Under the pieces are notes generated by a model. That model did not search any database. It saw only the letters and a list, made by a program, of their open reading frames with translations, and was not told the DNA's origin. From Lama guanicoe (taxonomy: Eukaryota): a stretch of DNA of 64,000 nt. This document shows positions 28,345 through 42,929 of this stretch, piece after piece (position 1 is the stretch's first letter; every line of letters starts with the position of its first letter). The translations under genes and the position numbers were made by a program. Location: NCBI GenBank assembly GCA_013239625.1, contig MU053995.1, positions 248,001 to 312,000 of the forward strand, written 5' to 3'.

Positions 28345-31075
28345 GTTATTTTTAATTGAAGTATAATTGACATATGAGCTTCAGGCAAACAACAAAATGA
28401 TTTCATATTTGTATATATTGGTAAATGTATCAGCATAAATCTAGTTAACATCAGCCAGCATACATCGTTACATTTTTTTCTTGAGAATTTTTGAGATGAG
28501 AATTTTTAAGATTTACTCTCTCCACAAATTTCAAATATGCAAAACAGTATTATCAACTGTAGTCACTATGCTGTATGTCACATCCCTATGATTTGTTTCT
28601 TTTGTGACTGGAAGTTTGTACCTTTTGACTTCATTTACCCGTTTAACCCAATCCCCATGCCCTGATGTCTGTTCTCTGTATTTATGATCCAGTTGTTTTT
28701 CATTTTGTTGTTGTTTTATGATTCCACATATAAAATCATACAGTATTTGTCTTTCTCTGTGTTGCTTACCTTCACTGAGCAAAATGCCATTATGTTCTAT
28801 CCACGACATCTCAAATGGCCAGTTTTCCTTCTTTTTTATGGCCAATTTCGATTATGTATGTATATATACACACATTCTTTATCCAGTTGTGTGTTGAACA
28901 CCACTTAGATTGATTCCATATCTCCGCTATTGTAAATAGTGCTGCAGTGAATATGAGGGGTACATATATCTTTTTGTGTTAATGTTTACATTTTCTTCAG
29001 ATAAGTACCCCGTAGTGTGATTGCTTAATTAAATGTGAGCTCTGTTTTAATTTTTTGAGGAACCTCCATACTGTCCTCCATAGTGGCTGCACCAATTTAA
29101 ACATTCCCACCAACAGTGTACTATAGTTGCCTTCATTCCACATCTTTTCCAACACTAAGTATTTCTTGTCTATTTGATGACAGCCATTCTAACAGGTATG
29201 AGGTGATATCTCATTGTGGTTTGATTTGCATTTCCCTCATGATTAATAGTGTTGTTGATATAGTCCCACTTGTTTGTTTTTTGCTTTTGTTGCTGTTGCT
29301 TTTGGCATCAAATCCAAAAATTCATAGCCCATACTAATTTCAAGCAATTACCACCTTTGTTCCCTTTGGGGTTTTTTGATCTCAGGTTGTACGGTCATAT
29401 CCTTAATTACATATTAAGTTAATTTGGTGTGTGGTATAAGATAGTGGTCCAGTTTCATACTTTTCATATAGCTGGTCCAGTTTGCCCAACACCAATTATT
29501 GAAGAGACTGTCCTTTTCCCATTGTATCTTCTTGGATCCTTTGTCATAAATCAATTGATCATATATTTGTGGGTTTATTTCTGGGTACTCTTTTCTGTTC
29601 CATTGATCTATATGTCTGTTTTTGTGCTTAAACCATATTGTTTTCATTGTGATAGCTTTATAATAAGTTTGAAATCAGGGACTATAATGCCTTCAGCTTT
29701 GTTCCTGTTACTGAAGATTGTTTTGGCTGTTTGTTACTCAAGATTGTCCTTTGTGGTTCCACAAAAATTTTGGGATTCTTTGTCACATTTCTTTGAAAAA
29801 TGTCATTGGAATTTTCATAGGGGTTTCATTAACTCTATAGATTGTTTTGGGTAGTATGGACATTATAACAATATTAATTTTTCCAACCCATGAGTGTGTA
29901 TCTTTTCACTTATTTGTGTCTTTAATTTATTTCATCAGTGTTTTACAGTGTTCAATGTACTTACTTAAATTTATTCCTAAGTATGTTATCTTTTGATGCA
30001 ATTGTAAATAGGATTTTTAAAACTTTCTCCTTCTGTTAGTTTGTTACTAGTGTATAGAAATGCAACAGGTTTTTGCACATTGATATTGTATCCTGTGACC
30101 TTACTGAATTTGTTTCTTACTTCTAACAATTTTTTAGTGTAGTATTTAGGATCTTTATATAATATCTTCTCATCTGTAATAGTGGCAGTTTTAACTCTTC
30201 CTTTCCAATTTGGATGACCTTTTTTTCTTGTTTAATTCTTCTGTCTAGGACTAGCTATACTGTGTTGAATAAAAGCAATAAGAGTTTGCTTCCTGATCTT
30301 AGTGAAAATCTTTCAGCTTTCAACTTTGCACCATTGAGTATAATGATAGCTGAGGGCTTCTAACATATAGTCTTTATTATGTTCAGATATGTTTCCTTTG
30401 TATCTTCTTTGTTTGTCAGGTGCTTTTTCTGCATCTACTGAGATGACTTATGACTTTTATCCATTTTGTTAATGTGATGTATGACACTGACAAATTCTAG
30501 TTGTTGAACCATACTTGCATACCTGGAGTAAATGTGACTGGACAATGGTGTATTATTTTTTTTTAGACTTAATTTTTTAAAAGCAGTTTCAGGTTTACAG
30601 CAGACTTGAGCAGAAAATACACAGTTCTCACACAGCCCTCCCCATCCACACATATATACTCCCCTAAGCTCAACATCCCTCATAAGTGTGGTGTATTTGG
30701 TAAAATTGATGAACCAACATGAGCACATTATTATCAAACAAAGTCCATAGTTTACATTAGTGTAAACTAATACATTGATGTTGTACACTCTATGGGCTTT
30801 GGCAAATGCATAATGACAAGGTAGCCACCACTATAGTATCATACAGAATAATTTCATTCCCTAAAAAATCCCTTGTCCTCCATCTTTTCATCCTCCCTCC
30901 CTGCCTTTCCCTAAACCCCTGGAAACCATGATCTTTTTATTGTTTCTGTAGCTGTGCCTTTTCCAGAATGTCATTTGGTTGGAATCGTACAGTTGTAGCC
31001 TTTTCAGAGTGGTTTCTTTCACTTAGTAATATGTCTTTTAAGTTTCTTCCATGTCTTTCATGGCTTGATAGATCT
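28345..31075 (-). mobile_element. LINE-1 3'/ORF2 fragments (two abutting elements, junction about 30560)
   Basis: ORF 29414-29647 [17 protein letters not shown]...LFNNWCW is L1 ORF2; T-rich 3' ends. Confidence 0.88.
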
Positions 31076-31370
31076 TTTTTTTTTTTACTACCCATATATT
31101 TTTAATTTACCTATATATACTGTTCATTGTTTCTAAGAATGGTAGATACATGTCATTTTACTTTGTCCAAACGCAAAGAATTTACAGTGTCAATAATGAA
31201 CTTTAAACTAAGTGATCACACTGTATCAATTGAAATAAAAGTCCCGTTATGGTGGCAGATGTTTACAATGGGGAAGATAAACATGAGTGTAGCAAATGTA
31301 TGGAAATGTCTGTAGTTTCCCCTCAATTTTGCTGTGAACTTAAAGCTTCTCTTTCAAAATAAAGTCTATT

Positions 31371-34300
31371 TGGGGAGGAGATCAAGACACTGGAGTGGGG
31401 GATACTGAGTTTACACCTCTCCCCCCACCCCCCATGACAGTATTGAAAATGGATGTACAAGTGAGTAAATCTCTCACTGAAAACTAACAGGAGACTGGAA
31501 GAAATACTATTGTACAAACAAGGCTGAAGGAAAGATCCATACACAGTCAGGTAGGAAGGAAGGAGAAGCACTCAGGTCTTTCAGCAATCTCTTAGGGACC
31601 CACATCCCTAAAAGAGGACACAGAAGAGAATGGGGACCATGTGGGCTCAGAGAGCATCCCTGGGTAGTTAGCAATCCAAACCACATGTTGACCACCCAGC
31701 CCTGGGATCTAACACTGAGAAGGTAAGTACATTTAGCTAGTTTGAAAACCAGTGGTACTAATAGCAGGGCTGTAAGAAATCTGGACACCACTCATGTAGG
31801 AAACCTAGACTCCTCATGCTTGCTTGCTCTTGGTTACAAGGCAGAAGAAGCAGATTGAAACTTCCTAGGAGTCATCCAATTTCCTGTGACCACCTTGGCA
31901 CCTGCTCTGACACCTCCAGCTCTGGGACAGTTCTACCTTAGGGGGAAGGCTGCCTTCACTGAGGAGAGGACACAGTTGGTGGAGGGCACAAAGCTAACTT
32001 GGACCCCCACCACAAATTCCAAATGAGGTAAAGGCAGCCATTGCTAGTGTTTGGGGAGCTATCTGAAAGGCGGACTGGTGTGCCAGGACTTCCTTAGCAT
32101 GCATCCTGGCTCAAAGCAAGCCCTTGCTGCATTTCCTCTTGCTCCAGCGCTGCTCCCTCCCAAGGCAAAAGTGCTCATGCTGGGAGAAGGAAGAACACAC
32201 TTAGAGGGAACAAAACCATCTCAGACCTGATTCAGGTATCCTACTCCAGCACCTTGGAACACAATTCCACTTCTAATAAGACAGGGTTGGCTGCTAAGGG
32301 TAGGAGAAGCCCCATCTCACACCTGTTCTGGCTCTAGCCACTCCATCTAGATCCCCACCTCCTACCAAGATAATAGCTGTCAGCACAGCCTAGAGGAAGA
32401 TGTGACCCATGCATACATCAGTTCTCGCTCTCCCACCAAAGCAACCTGGCACACATACATTGCATAGTGATACTCCAATACAAGGACACTTCTTCAGGAC
32501 TGAGATAAGTAAATTTTACCCAATTTCATAAAGGCAGAAAGGGTTAAGCAAAATAAGATAGAGAAATTTGTTTCAAATGAAAGAACAAGAAAAAAAGAGT
32601 TGAAAAACAATGACTAAAACAGATGAATAATTTACCAGATAAAGAGTTCAAAGATTGAATGATAAGAATGCTAAGAAAAATAGGGAAAAGAATAGATGAC
32701 TGCAGTGAGAATTTCAACAAGGAACTAGAAAATATTTTTTTAAAAAGAGCCAGTAAGAGATAAAGATTACAATAACTGAAATGAAAAATATATTAGAAGG
32801 AATTAACTGTAGACTAGGTGATACAGAAGAATGCACAAGCTGTCTGCAACACGGAATAATGTTTACTAACACAAATAGAAGAACAAAAAGAAAAACAAAT
32901 TTTTCAAATGATAAGGATTTTAGGGGCCTCTGGTACAACATCAAGTAACTAACATTTACATTATACTGCATTGTAACACACTGTGATAATTGATAGGAGT
33001 TTCAGAAGGAAAAAGAAGTTGAAATTTGATAATTACACCTGAAGCTTCCTGAAGCTAAAGAAGGAAACTGACTTCCATGTATAGGAAGTACGGAGGATCT
33101 GAAACGAGAGGAACCCAAAGAGACTCACACCATAGTAAAATGTCAAAAGTTAAAAATAAACAGAGATGTCAAAGGCAGAAAGAGAAAAATGTAAAGTTAC
33201 ATACAATGGAACCCACCATAAGGCTATCACCTGAAACCATAAGGCTATCAGCTGATTTTTCTGCAGAAACTTTGAAGGCTGAAAGGGCCTGGCATTATAT
33301 ATTTAAAGTGCTGAAAGGGGTTAATCTGCAACCTAGGATACTCTACCCACTAAGATTATTATTTAGAATTGTAGGAGAGATAAAGATCTCAGACAGTTCA
33401 TCATAAAAGAGTTCATCAAAACTAAATCTATCGTAAAAGAAATGATTAAAAAAATCTGTAAGTGGGGAAAAAATTTGGCCACAATAAGAAGTAATAATTT
33501 ATAGGAAAGGAAAAATCCCACAGTGATGACAAATATACAGTAAAGGCTGGAGGTTAATCACTTAAATAAGCTAATATAAAGATTAAAAGACCAAGAAATT
33601 TGAAAAATTAAGTACAACTATAATAAAGAGATAAACATGAAAATGTCAAATATGATCAAAAACACAAAACGTGAGGTAGGAAAATAAAAATGAAATTTAG
33701 ATCTTGTAATGTGTTTCAATATAAATGACTACCAGTTTAAAACAAATATGTAAAACAAGTAACAAAAATGGCCATAAGGACATAACTACAAAAAAACACT
33801 TCAAATATCAATGGACTAAATGCTGTACTCAAAACACATAGGATGGCTGATGGGATAAAAAAAAAAAAAGACCCATTTATGTGTTGCTTTTAAGAGACTT
33901 ACTTCAGAGCTTTAGATACACAGTGAAAGTGAAGGGATGGGAAAACATATTGTGCAAATATAATCATGAGAAAGCTGGAGTAGCACTACTCATGTCAGAT
34001 GAAAGCAAAGCCTATAATAAAAAGCAAGGGAAAACATTGTATAATAATAAAGGGATTAATATAAGAAGAGGATATAACATTCATTAACATATATTCATCT
34101 AATATAGGAGTACCTAAGTATATGAAGCAAATATTAACAGATTTAAAGAAATTGATAAGAACACAATAATAATAGGGTACTCTAACACCCACTTAAATCA
34201 ATGAACAGACAATCTAGACAGAAAAAAATAAGGAAGCATGGTTTTAAATATTAGACATTTGGACTTAGTAGATATTCACTGGTCATTCCATGAAAACAAG

Positions 34301-34630
34301 CAGAATACACATTCATTTCAAATGCACACAGGCATTTTCCAAGATAAATTAAATGCTAGGCTACTAAACAAGTCCCAGAAAATTTAAAAGAGTAAAAATT
34401 ATATCAAGCATTTTTCCACCACAACAGTATAAAATCAGAAATCATTGTAAGGAAGAAAATGGGAAAATACAAATATATGGATACTAAAAAATATATGACT
34501 AAAAAGCAATGACAAACAAACAGAAAACCAGTGGATCACTGAAGAAATCAAATAGAAAGTCAGAAAATACCTGAAAACAAATAAAAATGGAAGAACAATA
34601 TTCCAAAAGCTACAAGAGGCAGCAAAAGCA
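31371..34630 (+). mobile_element. LINE-1 5' UTR + ORF1 + ORF2 endonuclease, degenerate
   Basis: ggggaggagatcaagac start; ORF 33077 IRLSADFSAETLKA..W..IFKVLK..NLQPRILYP (ORF1 C-terminal domain). Confidence 0.9.
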
Positions 34631-35169
34631 TATTTACATTTAATGTAATTACTGATAAATGACTTCTGTCATTGTGCTATTTGCTTCTTATACAGCCTAT
34701 AGATTTTGTCCCTCAAATTCTTCATGAAGCCTTCTTTTGGGATTAGTGGGTTTTATGCAGTTAAACTTTAAATTCTGCTCTCATTTTCTTTTGTGTATAT
34801 TCTATACGGTATTTTTGTGGTTACCATAGTGATGACACTTAGCTTCCTAAAGTTTTAACAGTCTAATAAGAATTTATACCAGATTAACCTCAATAGTTTA
34901 CAAAACTCTCCTCCTATTCAGCTCTGTCTGCACCGTCATTCAGTTGATATAAAATGACGTTTTTATACATTGTGAGTCCAAAAACATAAAATAACAATTT
35001 TATCTTTTGTGTATTCAAAACATAAATCATGTAGAAGATAAATGGCATTTACAAAGTTATGATAATATTAGATGTACTAAGATTGTATAGAGAAACAAAG
35101 CCAAACCTACTTATAATATATCTATCCATATATATTAATCCACTTCCTCTGGACCCCTTTATCTGTTTA

Positions 35170-35650
35170 AAAATCTGCTTACTATCTTATTGGGATCTCT
35201 AACTTATGTAAAAGGAGATTTATTATAGTAATTGGCTTCTGTAGTTTTGGAGGACTAGATATCTTGAAATCTGCCATTTTCAAGCAAAACAAGAAAAGCT
35301 GATGGTGTAATTTGGACCACATCCAAAGGCCTAAAGATTCAGGGCCAGTGATATAAGTCCTGGTCTGAGGCTAAGAACCAACAGCATGGATATTCAAGGG
35401 CGGGAGAAAGTAGATGCCTTGGCCCAGGAAGAGAGCAAACTCTTCCTTCCTCCACATTTTTGTTCTACTCAGATCCTCAGTGTGTTAGACAGTGCTGAGT
35501 CACTTTGGTAAGAGTAATCATCTCTACTCAAGCTATTGATAGAAATGATAATCTTTTCCAGACCTACCTTATAGACATCCAGGAATAATGTTTTACCAGC
35601 TGTATGAGCATGCTTTAGTCTAGTCAAGGTGACACATAAACTGAACATTA
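35170..35650 (-). mobile_element. ERVL MLT2-like LTR
   Basis: gagatttattatagtaattggct...aataatgttttaccagctgtatgagcatgctttagtctagtcaaggtgacacataaa. Confidence 0.7.
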
Positions 35651-35750
35651 AATAGCTTTTGCAATTATCCATGTATTTGCCTTTACCAGAGACTACATTC
35701 TGCTACCAGGAAGAACCTAAAAGAGATTATGCTAAGTGAAATAAGCCAAT

Positions 35751-35766
35751 CACAGACACAGACACA

Positions 35767-35800
<34 letters not shown>
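35751..35800. repeat. (CA)n microsatellite
   Basis: Direct reading. Confidence 0.95.
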
Positions 35801-35801
<1 letters not shown>

Positions 35802-36069
35802 CCAAAACTGAATAGTGTATTTATATGAGGTACTTAGTATAGTTAAAAAAAAAACTTAAATATAGGGTTAAAATGATGATTGCTAGGGGTTAGTGGGAGA
35901 GAGAATGCAGAGTTATTTTTTAATATGCAGAGTCTCAGTTTTGCAAGATGAAAAAAGTTCCAGATATAGATAATGGTGATGTGAATACACTCACTGCTAC
36001 AGGAATGAACACTTAAAAATCGTTAAAGTGGAGAATTTTACATATTGTGTATTTCACAACTGTGTGTGT

Positions 36070-39000
36070 GTCTGAAGTCACCAGGATAGCAGACTAGGAA
36101 GCTTCAGATCCTCCTTTCCTCAAAGAAATACCAAAAACAACAACAGACTGACCAAATACCTTTATACAAGCTTTAGAAACCAGTTAATAATCTGTAGCCA
36201 CTCAAAATTTTGTGGAGTTTTTATACCTAAACCCTGCACTCTCCACAGTATGGCATGTTCAAGAGAAAGGCACCCATTACCTGTTCTTCTCTTAGAATAG
36301 AGGGGGGAAATGGAACTTGTTTGGAACATTCTGAAATGTTAAACACAAAAGACTGTGTGATATGATGACATAGTTTGAACATCAGATTGGAGGTCACTGA
36401 AAGCAATGGAAATTTCACAGTGAAGAACAGTTGCAGGAACACTGCAGAGGAATAAAAGAGAACATATAAGTCTTGAGAAGAAGCAGGGATGAAACTGTTA
36501 AGAAATTTAACATATTTAAACAGATGTGTATATAGTAGGAAGGCACATGCACAGTTGTAGGGGAGACACATACCCAGAAAAGGTCTTAAAATATATTTAT
36601 GCCTTCACACTTGACTGATTAGTGAAGGTCTTTCTCTGAGTGGAAACACTCTGCAAAGCCTGGGATAAGTACTATTTTTCAAATACCCAAAATTTTACAA
36701 AAGATCAGAGGGCATACAATGAAACAAGAAATATCCCACATTCAAGGAAATAGTATAAATCTCCAGAAGTTGACCCTAAAGAAACACAGACTGTAGATTT
36801 GCTGGATAAAGATTTTACAACAACCATCTTCAATACACTAAAAGAGGTAAAGAGAACATGGATAGGAAATAAAAGATATTAGGAGAACACAATATACCCA
36901 GACTTACGTGATGCAGTACTAACCAGGAGGTTTACAGCAACAAATACTTAACATTGAAAAAGAAGAAAGATCTCAAAATACAGAACCTAATATTCCACCC
37001 TCAGAAATAAGAACAGAATAAAAGTTAGCAAGATGAATAAAGTAATAAACCTTAAACAAAAATAAGTAAAATGTAGAGTAAAAAACAACAGAACCAACAG
37101 AAGAGCTGACTTTTTACAAGAACGACAAAGTTGGCAAACTTTTAGTTACAATAATTTAAAAAGACAGACTACTCAAATAATAAAATCAAAAATAAAGGAG
37201 ACATTACAACTGATGCCACAGATATAAAAGGTATCATAAGAAACTACTATAAACAATTATATATCAATAAAATGAATAATGAAGAAGGGGACAAAGTCCT
37301 AGAAAGAGTCAACTTACTAACACTGAATCCTGAAGGAACAAAAAATCTGAGCAGACCTATAACTAGCAAGGAGATTGAATTAGTAATCAAAAACCTCCCA
37401 ACAAAGAAAAGCACAGGGCTAGATGGCTTCACAGTAGAATCACACAAAACATTTAAAGAAGATTTACACCAAACCTAACAATTTCAAAAAACTGATGGAG
37501 GGAACACTTCCAAATTCAATCTAAGAGGCCAGATTTACCCTGATTCTGAAACCAGACAAATATATTAGAACATAGATGCAAAAATACCCAACAAAATACA
37601 AGCAAATCAAATTTAATAACACATTAAAAAGATTATACTCTGTAACCAAACAGGTTCAGTTCCTAGACCTCAAGGATAGTTCAATATATAAAAAATCAAT
37701 ATAATACACCATATTAACTGAATATAGTACAAAAAACACATGATCATCTTAATTGAAGTGGAAGCATTTAACCTATTCAACACCCTTATGTGATAAACAC
37801 ACTCAACAAAGTAGGAATAGAAAGAGACTACCTCAAAATAAAAAAGGACATAAATGAAACATCCACTGCTAACATAACATTATATTCAGTGGTGAAAAGT
37901 TGAAATCTTTTCCTCTGAGATAAACAATTCAGATGCCTACTATAGGGACTATTATCAATACTGGAAGAAATATAATATTAGGTATGCAAATTGGAGAGGG
38001 AAAAATAAAAGTACAGCAACTGTGTCATCTTATCTTACACGTAGAAAACTCCAACAATTCTGCCTACACACACAAGAAACTGTTAGACTATTAATGATTA
38101 GAAAAAGTAGCAGGACACAAAAAACTCAGAAAAAAATCCATACCATTTCTATACATTAACAATAGACAATTTGATAAGTTTTTGTTTTTTCTCTTTGAAC
38201 AACAGACAATTTGAAAAGGAATTTAAGAAAATCGTATATACAATGGCATAAAAACATTCTCAGTGATAAACTTAACTGAGGAGGCAAAAGTTGTAAATGA
38301 AAACCACAAAATCTTTCTAAAAGACATTACAGTTATAAATAAATATAAATAAATCTTATGTTTATGGATTGGAAAAAAATATTTTAAATGATTATTCCAC
38401 CCATTTCAGTGGAATAGTTCTATGAATTTCAATGACTTTCTTTTTTGCAGAAATAGGAAAAAATCCTAAAATTCATATGAAACTTCAAAACACCCTGAGT
38501 AGTTGAAACAATTTTGAAAAATAAGGTCATAACTGATTTCAAAGCATACTATGAATATATAGTAATCAATACAGGATAGTACCAGCATAAATACAGTCAT
38601 ATAGACCCATGTAATAGGACAGAAACAAACCTTCCTATATGTAGCCCAATGATCTTCAATAATGATGCCACAGCTACCAAATGCAGTAAGAGTCTCTTAA
38701 ACAATAGTATAAGGAAAACTTGATGCCAACATGCAAAGGAATCATAAACACTTCCTTTATATTTTATACAAAATTTACTCAAAATTCACTAAAAATTAAA
38801 GACCAAATGGAGATCCTGAAACTAAACTTCTAAAACAGACACAGGGTAAAATCTTCATGATATAATTTCAGTTTTGGCACTGATTTCTTGGATATAACAT
38901 TAAAAGCACAGGCAAAAAGCACGAAAAATGTTGGATAGGATGTGGAAAATTGGAAACGTTGTGCACTGTTGGTAGGAATGTGAAGTTGTAAAGCCATTAT

Positions 39001-39600
39001 GGAAACAATATGTGGTTAAATATTAAAAACAGAAAGACCATGAGACCCAGCAATCTCATTTCTAATATATATTCAGGATTCAAAAACAAGATGTCAAAAA
39101 TCTGTTTGCACACCCATAATCATTGAAACATTATTCACAATAGCCAAGAAGTGACAACAGTCTAAGTGACCAGTGAGAGCCAAATAGATACAGATAATGT
39201 ATATAAATGAGACAGAATATTATTTAGCATTTTTAAAAAAAGGAACTCTATCACTCGCAATAACAAGAAAGAAGCTTGATGACATTCTTCTGTGTCAAAT
39301 AAGCCAGTCAGAAATATCAAAAAAACAAATAGCACATGATTAAACTTATGTGAGTTGCTTAAAGTATTCAAACTCTTGGGAATGGAAAGAAGAAAGTCAG
39401 CTGCTAGGTGCAGGTGAACAGGAAAGAAATCTTATTCAATAAGCATAGCTGGTTCACACTTCTAAAATGCAAGATATATTTATACATGTGTTGCACAACT
39501 ACATGCATAGAGTTAACACTATTGCACTTTACATTTAAAAATCATTGAGATGGTAAATTTTGTTACATTCTTTTTAATCACAATTAAGAAAAACTCCTTA
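36070..39600 (+). mobile_element. Old internally deleted LINE-1
   Basis: ORF 37272 LSRPITSKEIELVIKNLPTKKSTGLDGFT (ORF2 Z/RT region). Confidence 0.88.
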
Positions 39601-40329
39601 GTGCCGTACATTCATCTTTCCTGCTATCTAAATTGTGTGTTCTGGTTCAAACTGAATAGTGTGACTTTTTACTTCTCTTTCATAACCTTGAAAAACTCTG
39701 GTTAAGAAGATAATTTCATGCACTATTATGAAATACATAGTATATAGATATCATATCTTATTTAGATAAATGTACTTATTAGCCCTAACCTGATAAATGT
39801 ATCCGGTAACTGGTACCCTTTTTCTGATGTTTTCATGACAGTGTTTCCTTCCTTCACAGTTAATAGATCTGTCAGAGTACACAGATGGAGTGCTTAACCC
39901 CTTCCACTCTGGTCATGCAATGAAACTTATCCAAGCAACAACACTGTTTCCCAGCAGCTACTTCCCAGTTAACTTGGTGAAAGATAATAAGTGCATTTTG
40001 TCTTTGCGCAGAAATTTCCTTTATAATCTATTTCCTGAAAAGGGTCTTTTGTAGATTCCCACTATTAAAATCTCACATTGGTAAAGCTTCCTAGTCAGAC
40101 CATACAGGCTGACTTAATTTTTGCTTGGAATTTTAAATGATGTCTATAAAATTGTAAAATAAATTAGATAATGAGATTGTGTACCACTGACCCTCAGACA
40201 GAGACTACTGAAACCACCAAGGGTAACTGTTTCATGTGGTTCATTAATGCTTTCCTTCTTGTGTTTGAGGTGTGATCAAACTGATGTTTCTAAAATTTCC
40301 TAGATTAAGAGAAAAGAAATATTATTCTA

Positions 40330-42925
40330 ATTTTTTTCTTTTAGTTTCTCATGTTTAGTGGTAAGAACCACAAAGATTTCTACTCAGCAAGTTGAAATAT
40401 ACAATACAGTTTTAACAATAGTCACATTATTGTACATTAGAGCTACAGAATTTATGTATCTTGTTTAAGTAAAACTTTGTACCCCTTGACCAATATCTCC
40501 TCACAACCTTCTGTCCTCACCCTCTGGTGACCCTTATTCTATTGTTTACTACTATACCTTTAACTATGATAGATCCCTCATATAAGAGGAATCCTGAACT
40601 ATCTGTCTTTCCAAGTCTGGCTTATTTCACTTACCATAATTCCTTCCAAGTTCATTAATCTTGTCACAAATGGCAGAATTTCCTTTTTAAAGGTTGAATG
40701 TTATTTTCTTTTTCTGTGTATCTATTCGTACATTTTCTGTATCCATTTATCTACCAATAGACATTTAGATTCTTTTTGTGTCTTGGCTATTGTGTCTAAT
40801 GCTGCAGTGAACACAGGACTACAGATACCTCTTTAAGATACAGGTTTCATTTTCTTTGGATATATACCCAGAACCATAAATGCTGGATCATAAAATAGTT
40901 TTATTTTTATTTTTTGGAGAAAACTGTATATGGTTTTCCATAATAGCTATACCAATTTACATTCCCACCAATTTGACCTAAACCTTTCCCCTATATGTTA
41001 TTCGTAGAGTTTTTGATGTCCACCATTCTAACTGGTATGATATGGTATATCATTGTGGTTTTGATTTGCATTTCTCTGATGATTAGTGATACTGAGGATC
41101 TTTTCATATACCTGTTGGCCATTTGTATGTCTTTTTTGTAAAAATGTCTATTCAGTTTCTTTGCTCATTTTTAATCAAAGTATTTTTTCTTTGCTATTGA
41201 TTTGTTCATTGAGTCCTTTGTGTATTTTAAAGATTAACCCCTTATCAGATAGATGGTTTCCAAATATTTTCTCCCATTCCATATTTGCTTTTTCAGTCTT
41301 TTGTTTCCTTTGCTGTGCAGAAGGGATTTTAGTTTGATGCAATGTCACTGTCCATTTTTGTTTTTGTTGCCTGTGCTTTTGTGGTCATATACAAAAAATC
41401 ATTGCTCAGATCAATGTCCAGAAACTTTCTCCCTAACTTTTCATCTAGCAGTTTCATAATTTCAGGTCTAACATTTAGTCCATATTTAATTTATTTTGTA
41501 TACGGTGTGAAATTATGGTTCAATTTCATTGTTCTACATGGGTTTACCCAATTTTTCCAAGACCATTTTTTAAGAGACTATTGTTTCTACATTGGACATT
41601 CTTGGCAACATTGTTGAAGATCATTTGTCCATTAATGGGTGGATTTATTTCTGGGCTCTCTGTTGTGTTCCATTAATCTAAATATCTGTTTTTATACCAG
41701 TATCATACTGTTTCTATTACAGTAGCTTTGTAATATGCTTTGAAATCAAGCTGCCTGCAGCTTTGCTCTTTTTGCTCAAAATTGTTTTGGTCTTTTGTGA
41801 TTCCATATGAATTTTAGTATTGTTTTATGTATTTCTATAAAGAATGCCCTTAGGATTTTGATAAGGAATCTGCAGATATCTTAAAAGTAGTATGGACATT
41901 CTAACAATATTAATTCTTCCAATCCATAAACACAGAACTTGTCTCTGTTTTTTTAATTCTTTTCATAAATATTTTATAATTTTCTATATACAAGTCTTTT
42001 GCCTATTTGGTTAAGTTTATTCTTAAGTATTTTATTATTTTTGTTGCTATTATAAATGAGATTATTTCTTAAATCCCTTTTGGATAGTTTGTGTCTAAAC
42101 ATGTGGCTAGTTTTTATTTGTTGATTTTGTATCTTGTAATTCCAATAAATTCATTTAGGAATTCTGACAGTTTTTTGTCGTTGATTATTTTTATGGTTTT
42201 CTACATGTAAGATTATATCATATATAAGTGGAGATCATTTTATCTATTCTTCCCTGATTGTAATACATTTCATTCCTTTTTTTTTATTTAATAGCATTGG
42301 CCAAAGTTTTAAATACTATGTAGAGTAGAAATGGCAAGAATAGACATCCTTGCATAGTACAGATCTTATAGCAAAATGTTTTATTTCTTCTCCATTGACT
42401 ACGATGTTAGCTATGGGATTTTCACATAATGTGCTAAGGTGAGTTCATTTTATTTCGATGAGAATTTTTATCATGAATGTTGAAATTTGTCAAATTACTT
42501 TTTCTGCTTATATTAAGATAATCATGTTAGGTTGTTGCTTTCTTTTTGTTTTTGTGTCAAATCACATTAATTAAGTTACATATGTCAAAATATTTGTGTA
42601 TCACAGGGATAAATCCCACTTAGCAATGGTGTATAATATTTTACTGCATTTTAAGTTTGTTAGTATTTTGTTGGGGATTTTTGTATCTATATTGACCTGT
42701 ATTTTTTGTATTGTGCTTGTTTTGATATAAGTGATTTCAGTCTCATAAAATGTTTTGAACTGTTTCTTCTTCCATTTTTTCAAAGAGTTTAAGAAGGTAT
42801 TAGCTTTTCTTTGAATATTTGGTAGGATTCAAATATGGGGCCATCTGAATATGAGCTTTTCTTTGCTGATAGATTTTTTATTACTGATTCAGTCTCCTTA
42901 TTTGTTATTGATATGTTTTGTGTAT
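40330..42925 (-). mobile_element. Old LINE-1 ORF2/3' UTR
   Basis: cattgtggttttgatttgcatttctctgatgattagtgat, tatggacattctaacaatattaattcttccaatcc motifs. Confidence 0.88.
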
Positions 42926-42929
42926 TTTT